From an uncultured delta proteobacterium (lineage in GTDB: Bacteria; Desulfobacterota; Binatia; HRBIN30; BPIQ01): a stretch of 64,000 nucleotides of DNA. The DNA lies in the NCBI GenBank assembly GCA_963761335.1, contig CAVXGR010000007.1, positions 103,651-167,650 of the forward strand, written 5' to 3'. The position numbers and the translations under genes were made by a program. Shown in pieces: positions 1 through 10,374 of this stretch. Numbering within the stretch: position 1 is the stretch's first letter; each line of letters opens with the position of its first letter. Under the pieces are notes generated by a model, which was not told the origin of the DNA, did no database searches, and worked only from the letters and a program-made list of their open reading frames with translations.

Positions 1-1
1 C

Positions 2-1585
2 CAGCCCGGCGAGCGCCAGCCAGCCGCCGGAGCCGTCCGCGGACGGGCTCATCGCGCAGCCTTCATTGGACAAGACCACGGCGGTGGCGCTGGGCTGCGC
101 CGACGGCACGGCCGTAGGCGTGCTCGAGCGGGTGGGGATGCCGATGGCGGTGGCGGTGCTCGCCGGTGCAGCCGTCTCGGTCGCCGCCGGCGCGGTCGGA
201 GTTTCCACCTCAACGGGAGTCGCCGTCCACGTCGAGGACGGCTGCGGCTGACTGGTCGCCGAAGCAGTCGGCGGAGGCGGGATCGTGGCGCTGCTCGTCG
301 GCGTCGACGGCACCGCGGTCGCGGTGGGCGTGCTCGAGGTGGTGGGAATGCCCGTGGGTGGCGGCTCGGTTGCGGTGGCCACCGGCACAGCCGTCTCCGT
401 CGCCGTCGCCGGCTGGAACGTCGGGGTTTCCAGCGGTGTCTCCGTGGGTGTCTCGGTCGCCGGCTGTCCGGTCGGAGTCTCCGCCGGCGTCTCCGTGGGA
501 GTCTCGGTCGCCGCCTCGGTCGCCGTCGCCACCTCGGTGGGGCTGACGGTCTCGGTGGGAATCACCTCGGTCTCGGTCGGTGTCGGCAGCTCGATCGGGG
601 CGAGATTGAGCGCGGCCATCTGCGCCCCGATGTAGTTGCCCAGCTCGCCTTCCAGAGGCACGTCACAGCTGCCGTCGCCTCCGCACAGGACCTCGTGGTC
701 CTCGGCGTTGTAGGCGCCGGTGTACTCGTAGAACTCGTAGCGCCGCGTCACCGATGCAGCGTTGGCGCCGGCCTGGGCCTCGTTGGCCAGCTCGTTCTCG
801 GCACCCGGGCCCGCCTGCAGAATCACCCACTCGATCTCCGTCTCGCCCTGCTCCTGCGGCACGGCGGGATCGTCAGTGACCAGATGGTGAAGCTCCGCAT
901 CGTTTTCCGACTCGGTGACAAAGACCTTGACCCACATGGCGTCCCCGAACTGCTGCTCGACCTCGGGAGGCTCCGCGGGAATGGCGGCGCGGACCACGGG
1001 AGGAACGCCCGGGGCCGCCGGGGCGACGTTCCAGCTCGGCGCTGGAATGCTGACCTTGGTGCCGGACGGCTGCAGCGCTCCCGGGGTGAGGGGATCGGCA
1101 ATCAGCCAGCGATAGACGGTGTTGGTCGGATTGCCGATGAGCCCGACGCCGAAATGCTCGCAGCCGCTGGTGAGATAGTTGCCCGAGCCGCCGGTCCAGC
1201 AGGCATGCCCATTGGTGGGCGTGATCACACTTGGCGCCATCGGCGTGGTGGCGGTGAACATCTGACCTCCGGCATCGTACGGGCTCTCGTAGCGGACGTA
1301 GACGCCGCCGGGGAAGTCCACCACCAAGGGATTTCCGTAGCGCTGGTACGGGCTGCCGAAGGTGAAGGTGACGTCGGCACTGGAGAGGCCGTCGAGCTCG
1401 ATCTCGAAGCCGTGGCACTCCTGGCCGGTGTCGTTGAAGACGTCGAAGTTGCTCAAGGTCCCGTAGGTCGTCTGTGCCGCGACGCGACCAGCAAAGAGCA
1501 GGCAGATCGCCACGACGCCAAAGGACGCCAAGTGAAAGCGAGAGGGACGTCTTCCCCCTGAGCGACGCAGATTCCATGAGTCCAT
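2..1585 (-). CDS. Secreted/surface protein with a Pro/Thr-rich linker and a probable C-terminal sorting signal; 3' end runs off the window
   Basis: Not in the ORF track; translated by hand from ATG 1585 after GGAGGGG: MDSWNLRR..VVAICLLFAGRVAA|QTTYGTLSNFDVFNDTGQECHGFEIELDG.., then TPTETP repeats, then ..EGCAMSPSADGSGGWLALAGL at the window edge. Confidence 0.8.
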   Translation of the reverse strand, partial: MDSWNLRRSGGRRPSRFHLASFGVVAICLLFAGRVAAQTTYGTLSNFDVFNDTGQECHGFEIELDGLSSADVTFTFGSPYQRYGNPLVVDFPGGVYVRYESPYDAGGQMFTATTPMAPSVITPTNGHACWTGGSGNYLTSGCEHFGVGLIGNPTNTVYRWLIADPLTPGALQPSGTKVSIPAPSWNVAPAAPGVPPVVRAAIPAEPPEVEQQFGDAMWVKVFVTESENDAELHHLVTDDPAVPQEQGETEIEWVILQAGPGAENELANEAQAGANAASVTRRYEFYEYTGAYNAEDHEVLCGGDGSCDVPLEGELGNYIGAQMAALNLAPIELPTPTETEVIPTETVSPTEVATATEAATETPTETPAETPTGQPATETPTETPLETPTFQPATATETAVPVATATEPPPTGIPTTSSTPTATAVPSTPTSSATIPPPPTASATSQPQPSSTWTATPVEVETPTAPAATETAAPASTATAIGIPTRSSTPTAVPSAQPSATAVVLSNEGCAMSPSADGSGGWLALAGL

Positions 1586-1622
1586 GCGATTGTCCCCTCC
1601 CGGCCGAGCTGTGAGAGCATTC

Positions 1623-1638
1623 TCAATTCGGATGCCAA
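1623..1638 (-). promoter_or_regulatory. Possible sigma54 -24/-12 promoter with a mismatch at -12
   Basis: Minus strand reads TTGGC-N7-TTGA, ~40 bp upstream of ATG 1585; an NtrC-family activator is encoded nearby. Confidence 0.25.
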
Positions 1639-1758
1639 GCGGCTGCCACAGGTAGCGCCTGTCGGTCGGGCAGTTATCGGTGCTGCAATTTCTTGCAGAA
1701 GGGGCATCGGGCGGCGCGCCGCTTCGCACCTTTGCGAAGCTCGCCGGCCGCGGGCCAG

Positions 1759-1885
1759 GTGGAAGCGCCGTCCCGGCGCTTTCCGAAGCGGCGAGACGCC
1801 GCTTCTACTTGGCCGGCGAGCCGGCGTCGTTTTGCCCAGGTTTTGAGACGGCGTCTTCACCCCCCCAGGGGGACGCCGCTTCTAC
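1759..1885. repeat. REP-like palindromic element (GTAGAAGCGGCGTCTCGCCG family)
   Basis: gtggaagcgccgtcccggcgctttccgaagcggcgagacgccgcttctac is nearly identical to 14123-14172; a second ..gacgccgcttctac ends at 1885. Confidence 0.7.
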
Positions 1886-1921
1886 TTTGCTTTCCCGTCG
1901 TTGCCACTCATACTCCCCGTT

Positions 1922-2524
1922 ATGAATCGACAGGACTGGAACGATCGCTATGCGGCGCACGACCTCGTGTGGGGCGCCGAGCCGAACCGCTTCGTGGAGC
2001 AGGAGCTCGGCGCTCTTGCTCGGCGCGGTCGGGCTCTCGATCTCGCCTGCGGCGAGGGGCGCAACGCCATTTGGCTCGCCAAACAGGGTTGGCAGGTGAC
2101 CGCATTGGACTACTCGCACGTCGCCATCGAGCGCGGCCGCCGACTGGCGCTCGAACAGGGAGTCGAGATCGAGTGGATCGAGGCGGATGTCACCGCCTTC
2201 GTTCCTGAGTCCGGCGCCTTCGCGCTGGTGGTGATCGCCTACCTGCATCTCCCCGAGGAGCAGCGGCGCGCCGTGCTCGCCCACGCTGCGGCCGCCCTGG
2301 CTCCCGGCGCGATGCTCTTCATGATCGGCCACGCGCGCCGCAACCTCGCGGAAGGCTACGGTGGGCCACAGAGCCCGGGGGTGCTGTGGCAGCCGGAAGA
2401 GATCGGCGCTGATCTCCAGTCGCTCGGGCTCACCGTGAAGCGGATCGAGGAAGTGCGGCGCCCGGTCGACACGCCGGACGGCCCGCGCCAGGCGCTCGAC
2501 ACACTGGTGCGCGCCGAGCGCTAG
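1922..2524 (+). CDS. Class I SAM-dependent methyltransferase (TehB-like)
   Basis: RALDLACGEGRNAIWLAKQGWQVTALDYS SAM-binding motif; W..RY N-terminus. Confidence 0.9.
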   Translation: MNRQDWNDRYAAHDLVWGAEPNRFVEQELGALARRGRALDLACGEGRNAIWLAKQGWQVTALDYSHVAIERGRRLALEQGVEIEWIEADVTAFVPESGAFALVVIAYLHLPEEQRRAVLAHAAAALAPGAMLFMIGHARRNLAEGYGGPQSPGVLWQPEEIGADLQSLGLTVKRIEEVRRPVDTPDGPRQALDTLVRAER

Positions 2525-2567
2525 GTCGCGCGGCCGAAGACTGCGGCCGGGACGGCGGCGCTCCCAG

Positions 2568-3914
<1,347 letters not shown>

Positions 3915-3966
3915 GCGCGCCTTCCGCCGCGCTTCTGCCGCTGCGATGATGGCAGGTCGCGCATCC

Positions 3967-4947
3967 TCAGGCCGCCAGCGCTGCGCCCGGCGCGGCCGGA
4001 AGCTGGATGCGGAAGAGGGCCCCGCCGCCACTGCCCTCGGCAACCTCGATGCGGCCGCCGTGCGCCTCGATGATCTGCCGCGCGATCGCCAACCCGAGGC
4101 CGGTACCGCGGGCACGCGTGGTGAAGAAGGGCTCGAAGACGCGCTCGCGAAGCTCCGGCGGCACCCCCGGTCCGGAATCGGCGACCTCGATCTGCACGCT
4201 GCCCTCGGCGGCGCGTGCGTTCAAGCTGATCTCACCGCGTGGCCCGGCGGCTTCCGCGCCGTTCGCCAGCAGCCCGACCAGCACCTGGCTGACGAGATCG
4301 GCATCGCCGCTGATCGGCGGGAGGCCGTCGGTGTCGCCACAGCGCAGACGAATCTGCTTCGCCCCGAGCTCGTCGCGGCTGAGCAGCGCGGCGCGCTCGA
4401 AGAGCTCGGGCAGGCGGACCGCCCGCGGCTGCAGCTGCAGTGGCCGGGCGAAGGCGAGGAGCGAGGTGACGACGTTGTTCAGCCGATCGGTCTCGGCGGT
4501 GATGAAAGCGCAGGCGCGGCGCGCCTCGTCATCGGCCGCGGGCCCCTCGGCCAGACCCTGGGCAGCGGAACGGATCACCGCCAGGGGATTGCGCACCTCG
4601 TGCGCCACCTGCGCGGCGAGCTGCCCGAGAGCGGCGAGCTTCTCGCTCTGCGCCAGGCGAGCGCGGGCGTTGTGAATGGTCTCCATCTGCGCCTGCAGCA
4701 GCGCCGCACTGCGCCGATCGCGCCGGCGCGCCGCCGCGAGGGCGCCGAGCAGGTATCCCAGGGCGGCGAAGGAGAGGCCGAAGTAGGCACCGATGAGCAG
4801 GGTGGCGTCGTGATCGTTGACCGCGAAGCGTATGCCCAGCGCCTGGAGGAAGAAGGCGTCCGCAAAGCCGGCCAGCAGACCGGCGAGAGCCGCCCACCAG
4901 CGCCAGCGTGCGCCGTCGTACCGATCTTCTCGAGATGCGACGTCCAT
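3967..4947 (-). CDS. Membrane sensor histidine kinase
   Basis: Two TM helices; AHEVRNPL H-box; N box; DSGPG, FEPFFTT and GTGLGL boxes. Confidence 0.93.
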   Translation of the reverse strand: MDVASREDRYDGARWRWWAALAGLLAGFADAFFLQALGIRFAVNDHDATLLIGAYFGLSFAALGYLLGALAAARRRDRRSAALLQAQMETIHNARARLAQSEKLAALGQLAAQVAHEVRNPLAVIRSAAQGLAEGPAADDEARRACAFITAETDRLNNVVTSLLAFARPLQLQPRAVRLPELFERAALLSRDELGAKQIRLRCGDTDGLPPISGDADLVSQVLVGLLANGAEAAGPRGEISLNARAAEGSVQIEVADSGPGVPPELRERVFEPFFTTRARGTGLGLAIARQIIEAHGGRIEVAEGSGGGALFRIQLPAAPGAALAA

Positions 4948-5074
4948 GAGAGTACGCGTCAGCAAGTCGCGGGCCGCGTTCGGGTATTCTCCCGCAGCCG
5001 GCGGTCAGAAGGCAACCGCAGCGCCGGCGTTGCCGAAGCGCAACGCGGCGCAGCGGCGCAACGGCAACAACGCC

Positions 5075-6457
5075 TCACGGGCGGTCGGGGAGCTCGGGAC
5101 GCGGCGGGGGATGGGGAATGGAGGGCAGCTCGGGGCGCGCCGGGCGCTCCGGCAGCGATGGACGATCGGGCAACGAGGGCCGCTCCGGCAACGACGGGCG
5201 ATCGGGAGGCACCGGCCGATCGATGCGGTCGGGACGACCGGGGAGCTCCGGCACGGATGGGACATCCGGCTCACCCGGGGCTTCCGGCATCGGCGGCCGA
5301 TCCGGGCGACCGGAGATCTCCGGCGGTGCGCCGCCAGCGGATCGGCCGGGACGCTCGGCTCCGCCGCGCCAGTCGCCCCCCTGCCCTTCCCTCAACTCCG
5401 GGGCCATCCCGCGCGGCGGATGCGGCGGCGACGGCAGCTCGCGGACCAAGCCGATGCGTTCGGCGCGCATCTCGCCGTGTCGCACGACCGCGTGCACGCG
5501 GATGCGGGTGTCCTCGGGCGGCGTCGCGCCGCCTGGCCACGCGGATGGCGGAACGTCGACGGCAAAGGAGCCGATCTGCAGGCGGCCGGCGCTGATTCGT
5601 TGCGCAAAGCCTTCGATCTCGAGGCGGACCACGCGTCCGGCGAACGGCAGAGCCGGAAGCCGCTGGACCGATCGGGCAACGAGGGTGTCGCCATTCCAGC
5701 GACCGGCGACGCGCACCTGGTCACCCACAGCGATGGACTCTTCCCGCTCGAGACGGACCGGCGTTCCGGCAACGGCGAGCCTTCCCGCGGCGCGCGCGGT
5801 AACCGCGCCGTTCAGCTCGGCGGTCTCCGAAGCGCCGCCGCGAACCACACGCGACGCCGCGATGAGGCCGTCGCCGCGACGCATGCCACTGATCTTGACG
5901 AACGTCGACTGCGGGAAGTCCGCGGCGGCGGCGAATTGCTCGGCGCCAGAGCCACCGCGCGTCATCGGCGACAGCTGCACCGTCTGACCCATCACCTGGA
6001 TCCGGTTGCGCGCCGCGTCGACGGCCGTCACCGGGCCGCTGACCAGGTGGCGCACGCTGACCCGCTTGGCGCGGAGCGCCGAGCCGGTGCTCGAGGCGAT
6101 CACCTCGACTACCTGGCCGACGGCGAGCTGCGCCGGCGTTGCCGCAGCGTCGTCGATGCGCACCGCCGTCCCGGCGCCGTAGTGGATCTCCGTTTCGCCG
6201 ACGCAGATGCTGGCGAAGCCGGTGATCGTGCCGATGACACCGGTCTCTCCGGCGGCGGAAATTCCGGTTCCGCCGATGCCGCTGTCGTCCTCTCCGGGCG
6301 ATTTCGGGCGCGCCCCGGTGCCGCCGATGCCGCCTTCATCCGGTCGCGTGCGCCCGCCATCGATGCAGGGATTGGCGGCGGCACCGCTCGCCGGGGCAAC
6401 GCCGCAGACCAGCAGCGCCAGCACCAGCGATGCCGCGAGCAGGCGCTGCCTACTCAT
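5075..6457 (-). CDS. Secreted DUF5666-domain protein with a Pro/Arg-rich repetitive tail
   Basis: Signal peptide; GGIGGTG repeats; GTITGFASICV; repeated OB-like modules; PDRPSLPERP repeats; start overlaps the DUF6502 stop. Confidence 0.8.
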   Translation of the reverse strand: MSRQRLLAASLVLALLVCGVAPASGAAANPCIDGGRTRPDEGGIGGTGARPKSPGEDDSGIGGTGISAAGETGVIGTITGFASICVGETEIHYGAGTAVRIDDAAATPAQLAVGQVVEVIASSTGSALRAKRVSVRHLVSGPVTAVDAARNRIQVMGQTVQLSPMTRGGSGAEQFAAAADFPQSTFVKISGMRRGDGLIAASRVVRGGASETAELNGAVTARAAGRLAVAGTPVRLEREESIAVGDQVRVAGRWNGDTLVARSVQRLPALPFAGRVVRLEIEGFAQRISAGRLQIGSFAVDVPPSAWPGGATPPEDTRIRVHAVVRHGEMRAERIGLVRELPSPPHPPRGMAPELREGQGGDWRGGAERPGRSAGGAPPEISGRPDRPPMPEAPGEPDVPSVPELPGRPDRIDRPVPPDRPSLPERPSLPDRPSLPERPARPELPSIPHPPPRPELPDRP

Positions 6458-7316
6458 CCTCGTCGCCGTCGTCCGCACCGGGCTCCCCCTGATCCTCGGC
6501 AAGGAGGTAGAGACCGAAGTTGAAGCGGCGCGAAGCCTCCGCCTCTCCCGCATCGCGCCGCTGCAACCGCAGGGCGCGGGCGTTGAGCTCTCGCAATACC
6601 TCCATGCCGCGCCGCTTCGCCAGCTCGGTGAGCTCGGCGACCGCCGCCGGACCCAGATTGTTGTAGTTCACGCTGCGCTCCAGAAACGGCTCGGCGCCGC
6701 CGAGCATGTTGTGGACCGCGGCCGCGGCGTGGTCGTGCAGGTTGCGCCCGAAGTAGTAGGTCATCTCCTCCGAGCCCTGCGCCGGGATGAACGCCTGGGC
6801 GTTGAGACAGACGCGGTCTCGATCGTCGAGATGAGCGATACCGAGGCGGAGCCACTCGTCCAGGACGACGCGCGGTCGAATATCGGTATTCAGGGAGCGC
6901 ACCAGAGATTCGAACGAGACACCTCCATCCGCATCGGCGAGGCGCGGCAGGGGCAGCGGCTCGCCTTGCGGGTCGAGGAGCTCGGGGAGCGTCGTCCAGC
7001 GCGCCATCAGCTGCGATCCCAGGGACACGGCGCGCGGCGCCTGCAGCTCCGCACCTTTCTGCGCCCGCAGGCGCTTCACATCCTTGCGATGCACCCCGGT
7101 GAGCAGAGTGATGCGGCTGTCCGTCTGCCGCTTGCCGGCAACCGGAAACTCCTCTACCGCCACCTCGACGTACGCCTCCCGCAGGAGGTTGGAGGCGGTC
7201 GGGAAAGGGATCGAGCGAGCGATCAGCAAGCGCGCCAAGGGCCGGAAAATTCGGCGTAAAGCGGCAAACAGGTTCCTCGGCAGAAGGGCCGGGATCTCAT
7301 CGGCGGCGCGGCTCAC
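6450..7316 (-). CDS. DUF6502-family protein (putative DNA-binding regulator)
   Basis: RPLARLLI..., TDSRITLLTGVHRKDVKRL (HTH-like), SFESLVRS..DIRPRVVLDEWLRLG, NLHDHAAAAVHN, FLERSV; adjacent to a DUF5666 gene. Confidence 0.8.
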   Translation of the reverse strand: MSRAADEIPALLPRNLFAALRRIFRPLARLLIARSIPFPTASNLLREAYVEVAVEEFPVAGKRQTDSRITLLTGVHRKDVKRLRAQKGAELQAPRAVSLGSQLMARWTTLPELLDPQGEPLPLPRLADADGGVSFESLVRSLNTDIRPRVVLDEWLRLGIAHLDDRDRVCLNAQAFIPAQGSEEMTYYFGRNLHDHAAAAVHNMLGGAEPFLERSVNYNNLGPAAVAELTELAKRRGMEVLRELNARALRLQRRDAGEAEASRRFNFGLYLLAEDQGEPGADDGDEDE

Positions 7317-7410
7317 GTGGAATCATTTACCACAGAAACTTGAATAAAGGTATTGACGTGGGAATATTTCCCGCGTATTGAGGTAGCAATGTCGTGGGAA
7401 AATTACCCAC
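7317..7410. promoter_or_regulatory. Divergent promoter with three 17-bp palindromic boxes and a sigma70-like TTGACG-17-TATTGA
   Basis: GTGGAATCATTTACCAC (7317-7333), GTGGGAATATTTCCCGC (7358-7374), GTGGGAAAATTACCCAC (7394-7410); AT-rich stretch. Confidence 0.7.
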
Positions 7411-7444
7411 AAACAATGCGGGCCGAAAACAGAAGGAGATCGAG

Positions 7445-7903
7445 ATGATGCTGAGAAAAAGCCACTGGACAACGGTGATCGGACTGGTCGCCGGGTTCGG
7501 CCTGATCCTGTCCGTGGCCGCAGAGGCGCGCGGTCTGCGCCCATCCGCATTCGCCGGCAGAGGACCGGAGAGGGGCGGCGAGGTTCGCCCGCCGATGCAT
7601 CCGCACGGCCTGCTCGAGCAGCTGATCTTTCCGTGCAAGGCGGCGTGCTCCAACGAGGCCCGCAGCTGCAACGAAGCCGCTGACTCGGCGGCCCTGACCT
7701 GCATCTCCGACGCCTGCTCCGCGGAGATCGCCGCCGCGCAGACGGCTTGCGCGGCTGGAGCTTCCTACACCGCCAGCGGCTGCTACGACGCCATCAACGC
7801 CCTGCAGGCCTGTGGTGACTCCTGCCTGACCCAGCACCAGAGCGACGTGGCCACCTGCTTCGCCACCCTCGGCGATTGCCTCGACGCCTGCGCCGCTCAG
7901 TGA
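7445..7903 (+). CDS. Small secreted cysteine-rich helical protein
   Basis: AGGAG RBS; signal peptide; 12 Cys in the C-terminal ~90 aa. Confidence 0.75.
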   Translation: MMLRKSHWTTVIGLVAGFGLILSVAAEARGLRPSAFAGRGPERGGEVRPPMHPHGLLEQLIFPCKAACSNEARSCNEAADSAALTCISDACSAEIAAAQTACAAGASYTASGCYDAINALQACGDSCLTQHQSDVATCFATLGDCLDACAAQ

Positions 7904-8033
7904 CCCTCGCGGGTCGCCAGACCTCCCCCCACCCTCCGGCAGCACCGCCGGGCAGCAACAGATCGCTGCCCGGCCCGGGCAATTCGCGGGCGTCCCTTGC
8001 GGTTCCGTCGACGACGCCGTAGCAGCAACAGGG

Positions 8034-8819
8034 ATGATCCGTCCGCTGCCGCGCCTGCTCGTGCTCGCGTTCCTCATCGCCCTGCTGCCGCTCGCGGAGG
8101 CGGCCGCCACTGAGCCGTCCCCGCTGCGCTTCAAGCTGAGCCTCGGCTATCATTTCAGCACCGGAACCTATGGATCGTCGGACACCACGGAGATCGCCTA
8201 CGTCCCGCTCATCGCCAAGGCGACCTACGACGATCGCTGGAGCCTGCAGCTCACCGTGCCGTATCTGCGCATCAGCGGTCCGGCGGCCAGTATCCAGGGA
8301 CCGAGCGGACCGATTCAGACGACGGGAGGACGAGCCGATGGTCTCGGCGACGTGCTGGCCCGCGGCTCGTACACACTGCATCCAATCGAGTCATCGTACG
8401 TCCCATTCATCGATCTCGCCTGGGTCTTCAAGTTCCCCACGGCCAGCAGAAGCGCCGGACTGGGCACGGGCGAGCTCGATTTCGGACCGGAGAGTGAGCT
8501 CTGGTGGTCCGTCGGTAAGCTCGTGCCGTTCGGGTCCATCGGCTACCGCTTTCTCGGCAGCCCGCCCGCCACCGCCCTGCACGATGTCGTCCTCGCCTCC
8601 GGGGGCGCCCTCTACCAGATCTCTCGCTCCGTCGACGTCGGCCTTCTGCTCGACTACCGGCAGGCGCCCGCCGCGTCGATCGGCAGGCGTCTCGAGTTGG
8701 TCCCCTTCACCTCGTGGAAGATCGACCGGCACTGGTCCGTCGACCTCTACGCCTCCGCGGGCCTGGCGAGCGGCAGTCCCGACGCCGGTGTCGGCCTGCA
8801 GCTGGGCTACGGCTGGTGA
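8034..8819 (+). CDS. Putative outer-membrane beta-barrel protein
   Basis: Signal peptide; alternating aromatic strands; GLGDV and KFPTA..GLGTGE.D motifs; terminal aromatic residue (LGYGW). Confidence 0.7.
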   Translation: MIRPLPRLLVLAFLIALLPLAEAAATEPSPLRFKLSLGYHFSTGTYGSSDTTEIAYVPLIAKATYDDRWSLQLTVPYLRISGPAASIQGPSGPIQTTGGRADGLGDVLARGSYTLHPIESSYVPFIDLAWVFKFPTASRSAGLGTGELDFGPESELWWSVGKLVPFGSIGYRFLGSPPATALHDVVLASGGALYQISRSVDVGLLLDYRQAPAASIGRRLELVPFTSWKIDRHWSVDLYASAGLASGSPDAGVGLQLGYGW

Positions 8820-8861
8820 GCACAGCGGAGCCGTAAGCTCCCGCGCCGGCGGCGAGGCGTC

Positions 8862-10235
8862 TTGATCCGCGCCCGCACATCGCTCCCGCACGCGGCTCTG
8901 GCCCTCGCCGCCGGCTTCTGGATCGCGGTGTGCGGAGCTGCACCGGCACCGGCGACTGCTGCGCCGCTGCCGCGCATCGTCAACGGCACGGCGACAGCCG
9001 GCTACCCGAGCACCGGACTTCTGCTGATCTACACCGACGCCACGCGCACCGCGATCGGCGCCTTCTGCTCCGGTGTGTTGATCGGCTGCCACACCTTCCT
9101 GACGGCGGCGCACTGCCTGTGCCCCGTCGGCGCCGACACGGCGGCGACCTGCCTATCCAGCGGCCTCGTTCCTCCGTCGGCGCTGCAGGTGCTCTTGACC
9201 AACGGCGGCTTCTTCGACGTCGAGGGCGACGCCATTGATCCGCAGTTCAACTTCGCAGCCGGCGGCGACCTGGGCATCGTCTCGCTGAGCAGAGACGCGA
9301 ACGGCATCGGGCCCTCGCCGATCAACCGCCTACTCAAGCCTCCGCTGGCGACGCCCGGAACCATCGTCGGCTTCGGCGTCACCCGGGTCGGGCGCAACAG
9401 CCCCAACGACGCCGGCATCAAGCGCCAAGGTCCGATGGTCACCGGCGATTGCAGCGACGGCTTGTCGAACGACGGCCAGCTGTGCTGGTCCTTCGTCGGC
9501 ACCGGCGCCAACACCTGCGACGGCGACTCGGGCGGCCCGATGTTCGTCGATGTGGGCGCCGGCACCACCGTCGCCGGCATCACCTCCGGCGGCAACAGCG
9601 CCACCTGCCTGGCACCAGACGAGGGCTTCGACACCGACGTGTTCAGCTACGCGAGCTGGATCGCCGACCAGTCCGGCGCCGATCTCGGCGCCGCCGGCTG
9701 CGGCGACCTCGGAACGGTCGGATCGACCTCGGTGAGCGTCACCCCGTTCTCGGGTGCGCTGTCCGCGGCGGTGCCCGAGCAGCAGCTCGCCTTCAGCGTA
9801 GCGGAGAACACCCGCGTCCTGCGCGTCGCCCTCAACAGCCAGGTCTGGAGCAGCAGCAGCAACGACAACGACTTCGATCTGCTGCTGAGAGCCGGCGCAC
9901 CGCCGACCAACACCAGCTTCGACTGCGCCGACCGCAGCCCGCTGCCGCTCGCCTACTGCGAGATCTCCGCGCCGGCCGCCGGCACCTGGTACGCGCTGGT
10001 CAGCCGCTATCGGGGAGACGGCGCTTTCCAGCTCACCGCGACCGCCTTCGCCGAGCCGGTTCCGTGCATCAGCGACTGCGACGGCAGCGGCCGCGTCACC
10101 GCCGCCGACATCGTCGCCGGGCTCGCCGTCGGCGCCGGGCGCCTACCAGCCTCCGCCTGCCCCGGCTCGGCCGGAATCCACAGCCTCGCCGATCTCCTCG
10201 ACGGCATCGACAACGTCTTCAATGGCTGCCCGTAG
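8862..10235 (+). CDS. Secreted trypsin-like (S1) serine protease with a PPC domain and a dockerin-like tail
   Basis: RIVNG activation site; TAAHC, DLG and CDGDSGGP triad motifs; PPC-like DFDLLLRAGAPPT..GTWYALV; CISDCDGSGRVTAAD..NGCP tail. Confidence 0.88.
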   Translation: MIRARTSLPHAALALAAGFWIAVCGAAPAPATAAPLPRIVNGTATAGYPSTGLLLIYTDATRTAIGAFCSGVLIGCHTFLTAAHCLCPVGADTAATCLSSGLVPPSALQVLLTNGGFFDVEGDAIDPQFNFAAGGDLGIVSLSRDANGIGPSPINRLLKPPLATPGTIVGFGVTRVGRNSPNDAGIKRQGPMVTGDCSDGLSNDGQLCWSFVGTGANTCDGDSGGPMFVDVGAGTTVAGITSGGNSATCLAPDEGFDTDVFSYASWIADQSGADLGAAGCGDLGTVGSTSVSVTPFSGALSAAVPEQQLAFSVAENTRVLRVALNSQVWSSSSNDNDFDLLLRAGAPPTNTSFDCADRSPLPLAYCEISAPAAGTWYALVSRYRGDGAFQLTATAFAEPVPCISDCDGSGRVTAADIVAGLAVGAGRLPASACPGSAGIHSLADLLDGIDNVFNGCP

Positions 10236-10374
10236 CGGCGGGGTTTCGATCGGCTTTGCCCAACGAATCGAGCCCACGGTGCCGCCGCCGAAGGTTGACT
10301 TTCGGCGCCAACCCGAGAACCTAAACTCGCCAATCCGTTAACCGAGCCACCGAGAGACCGAGCCACCTGCATCT

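Noticed and set aside
873..1577. ORF-track 234-aa minus-strand protein
   Set aside because: Wrong frame; the real gene starts at 1585 and runs off the window
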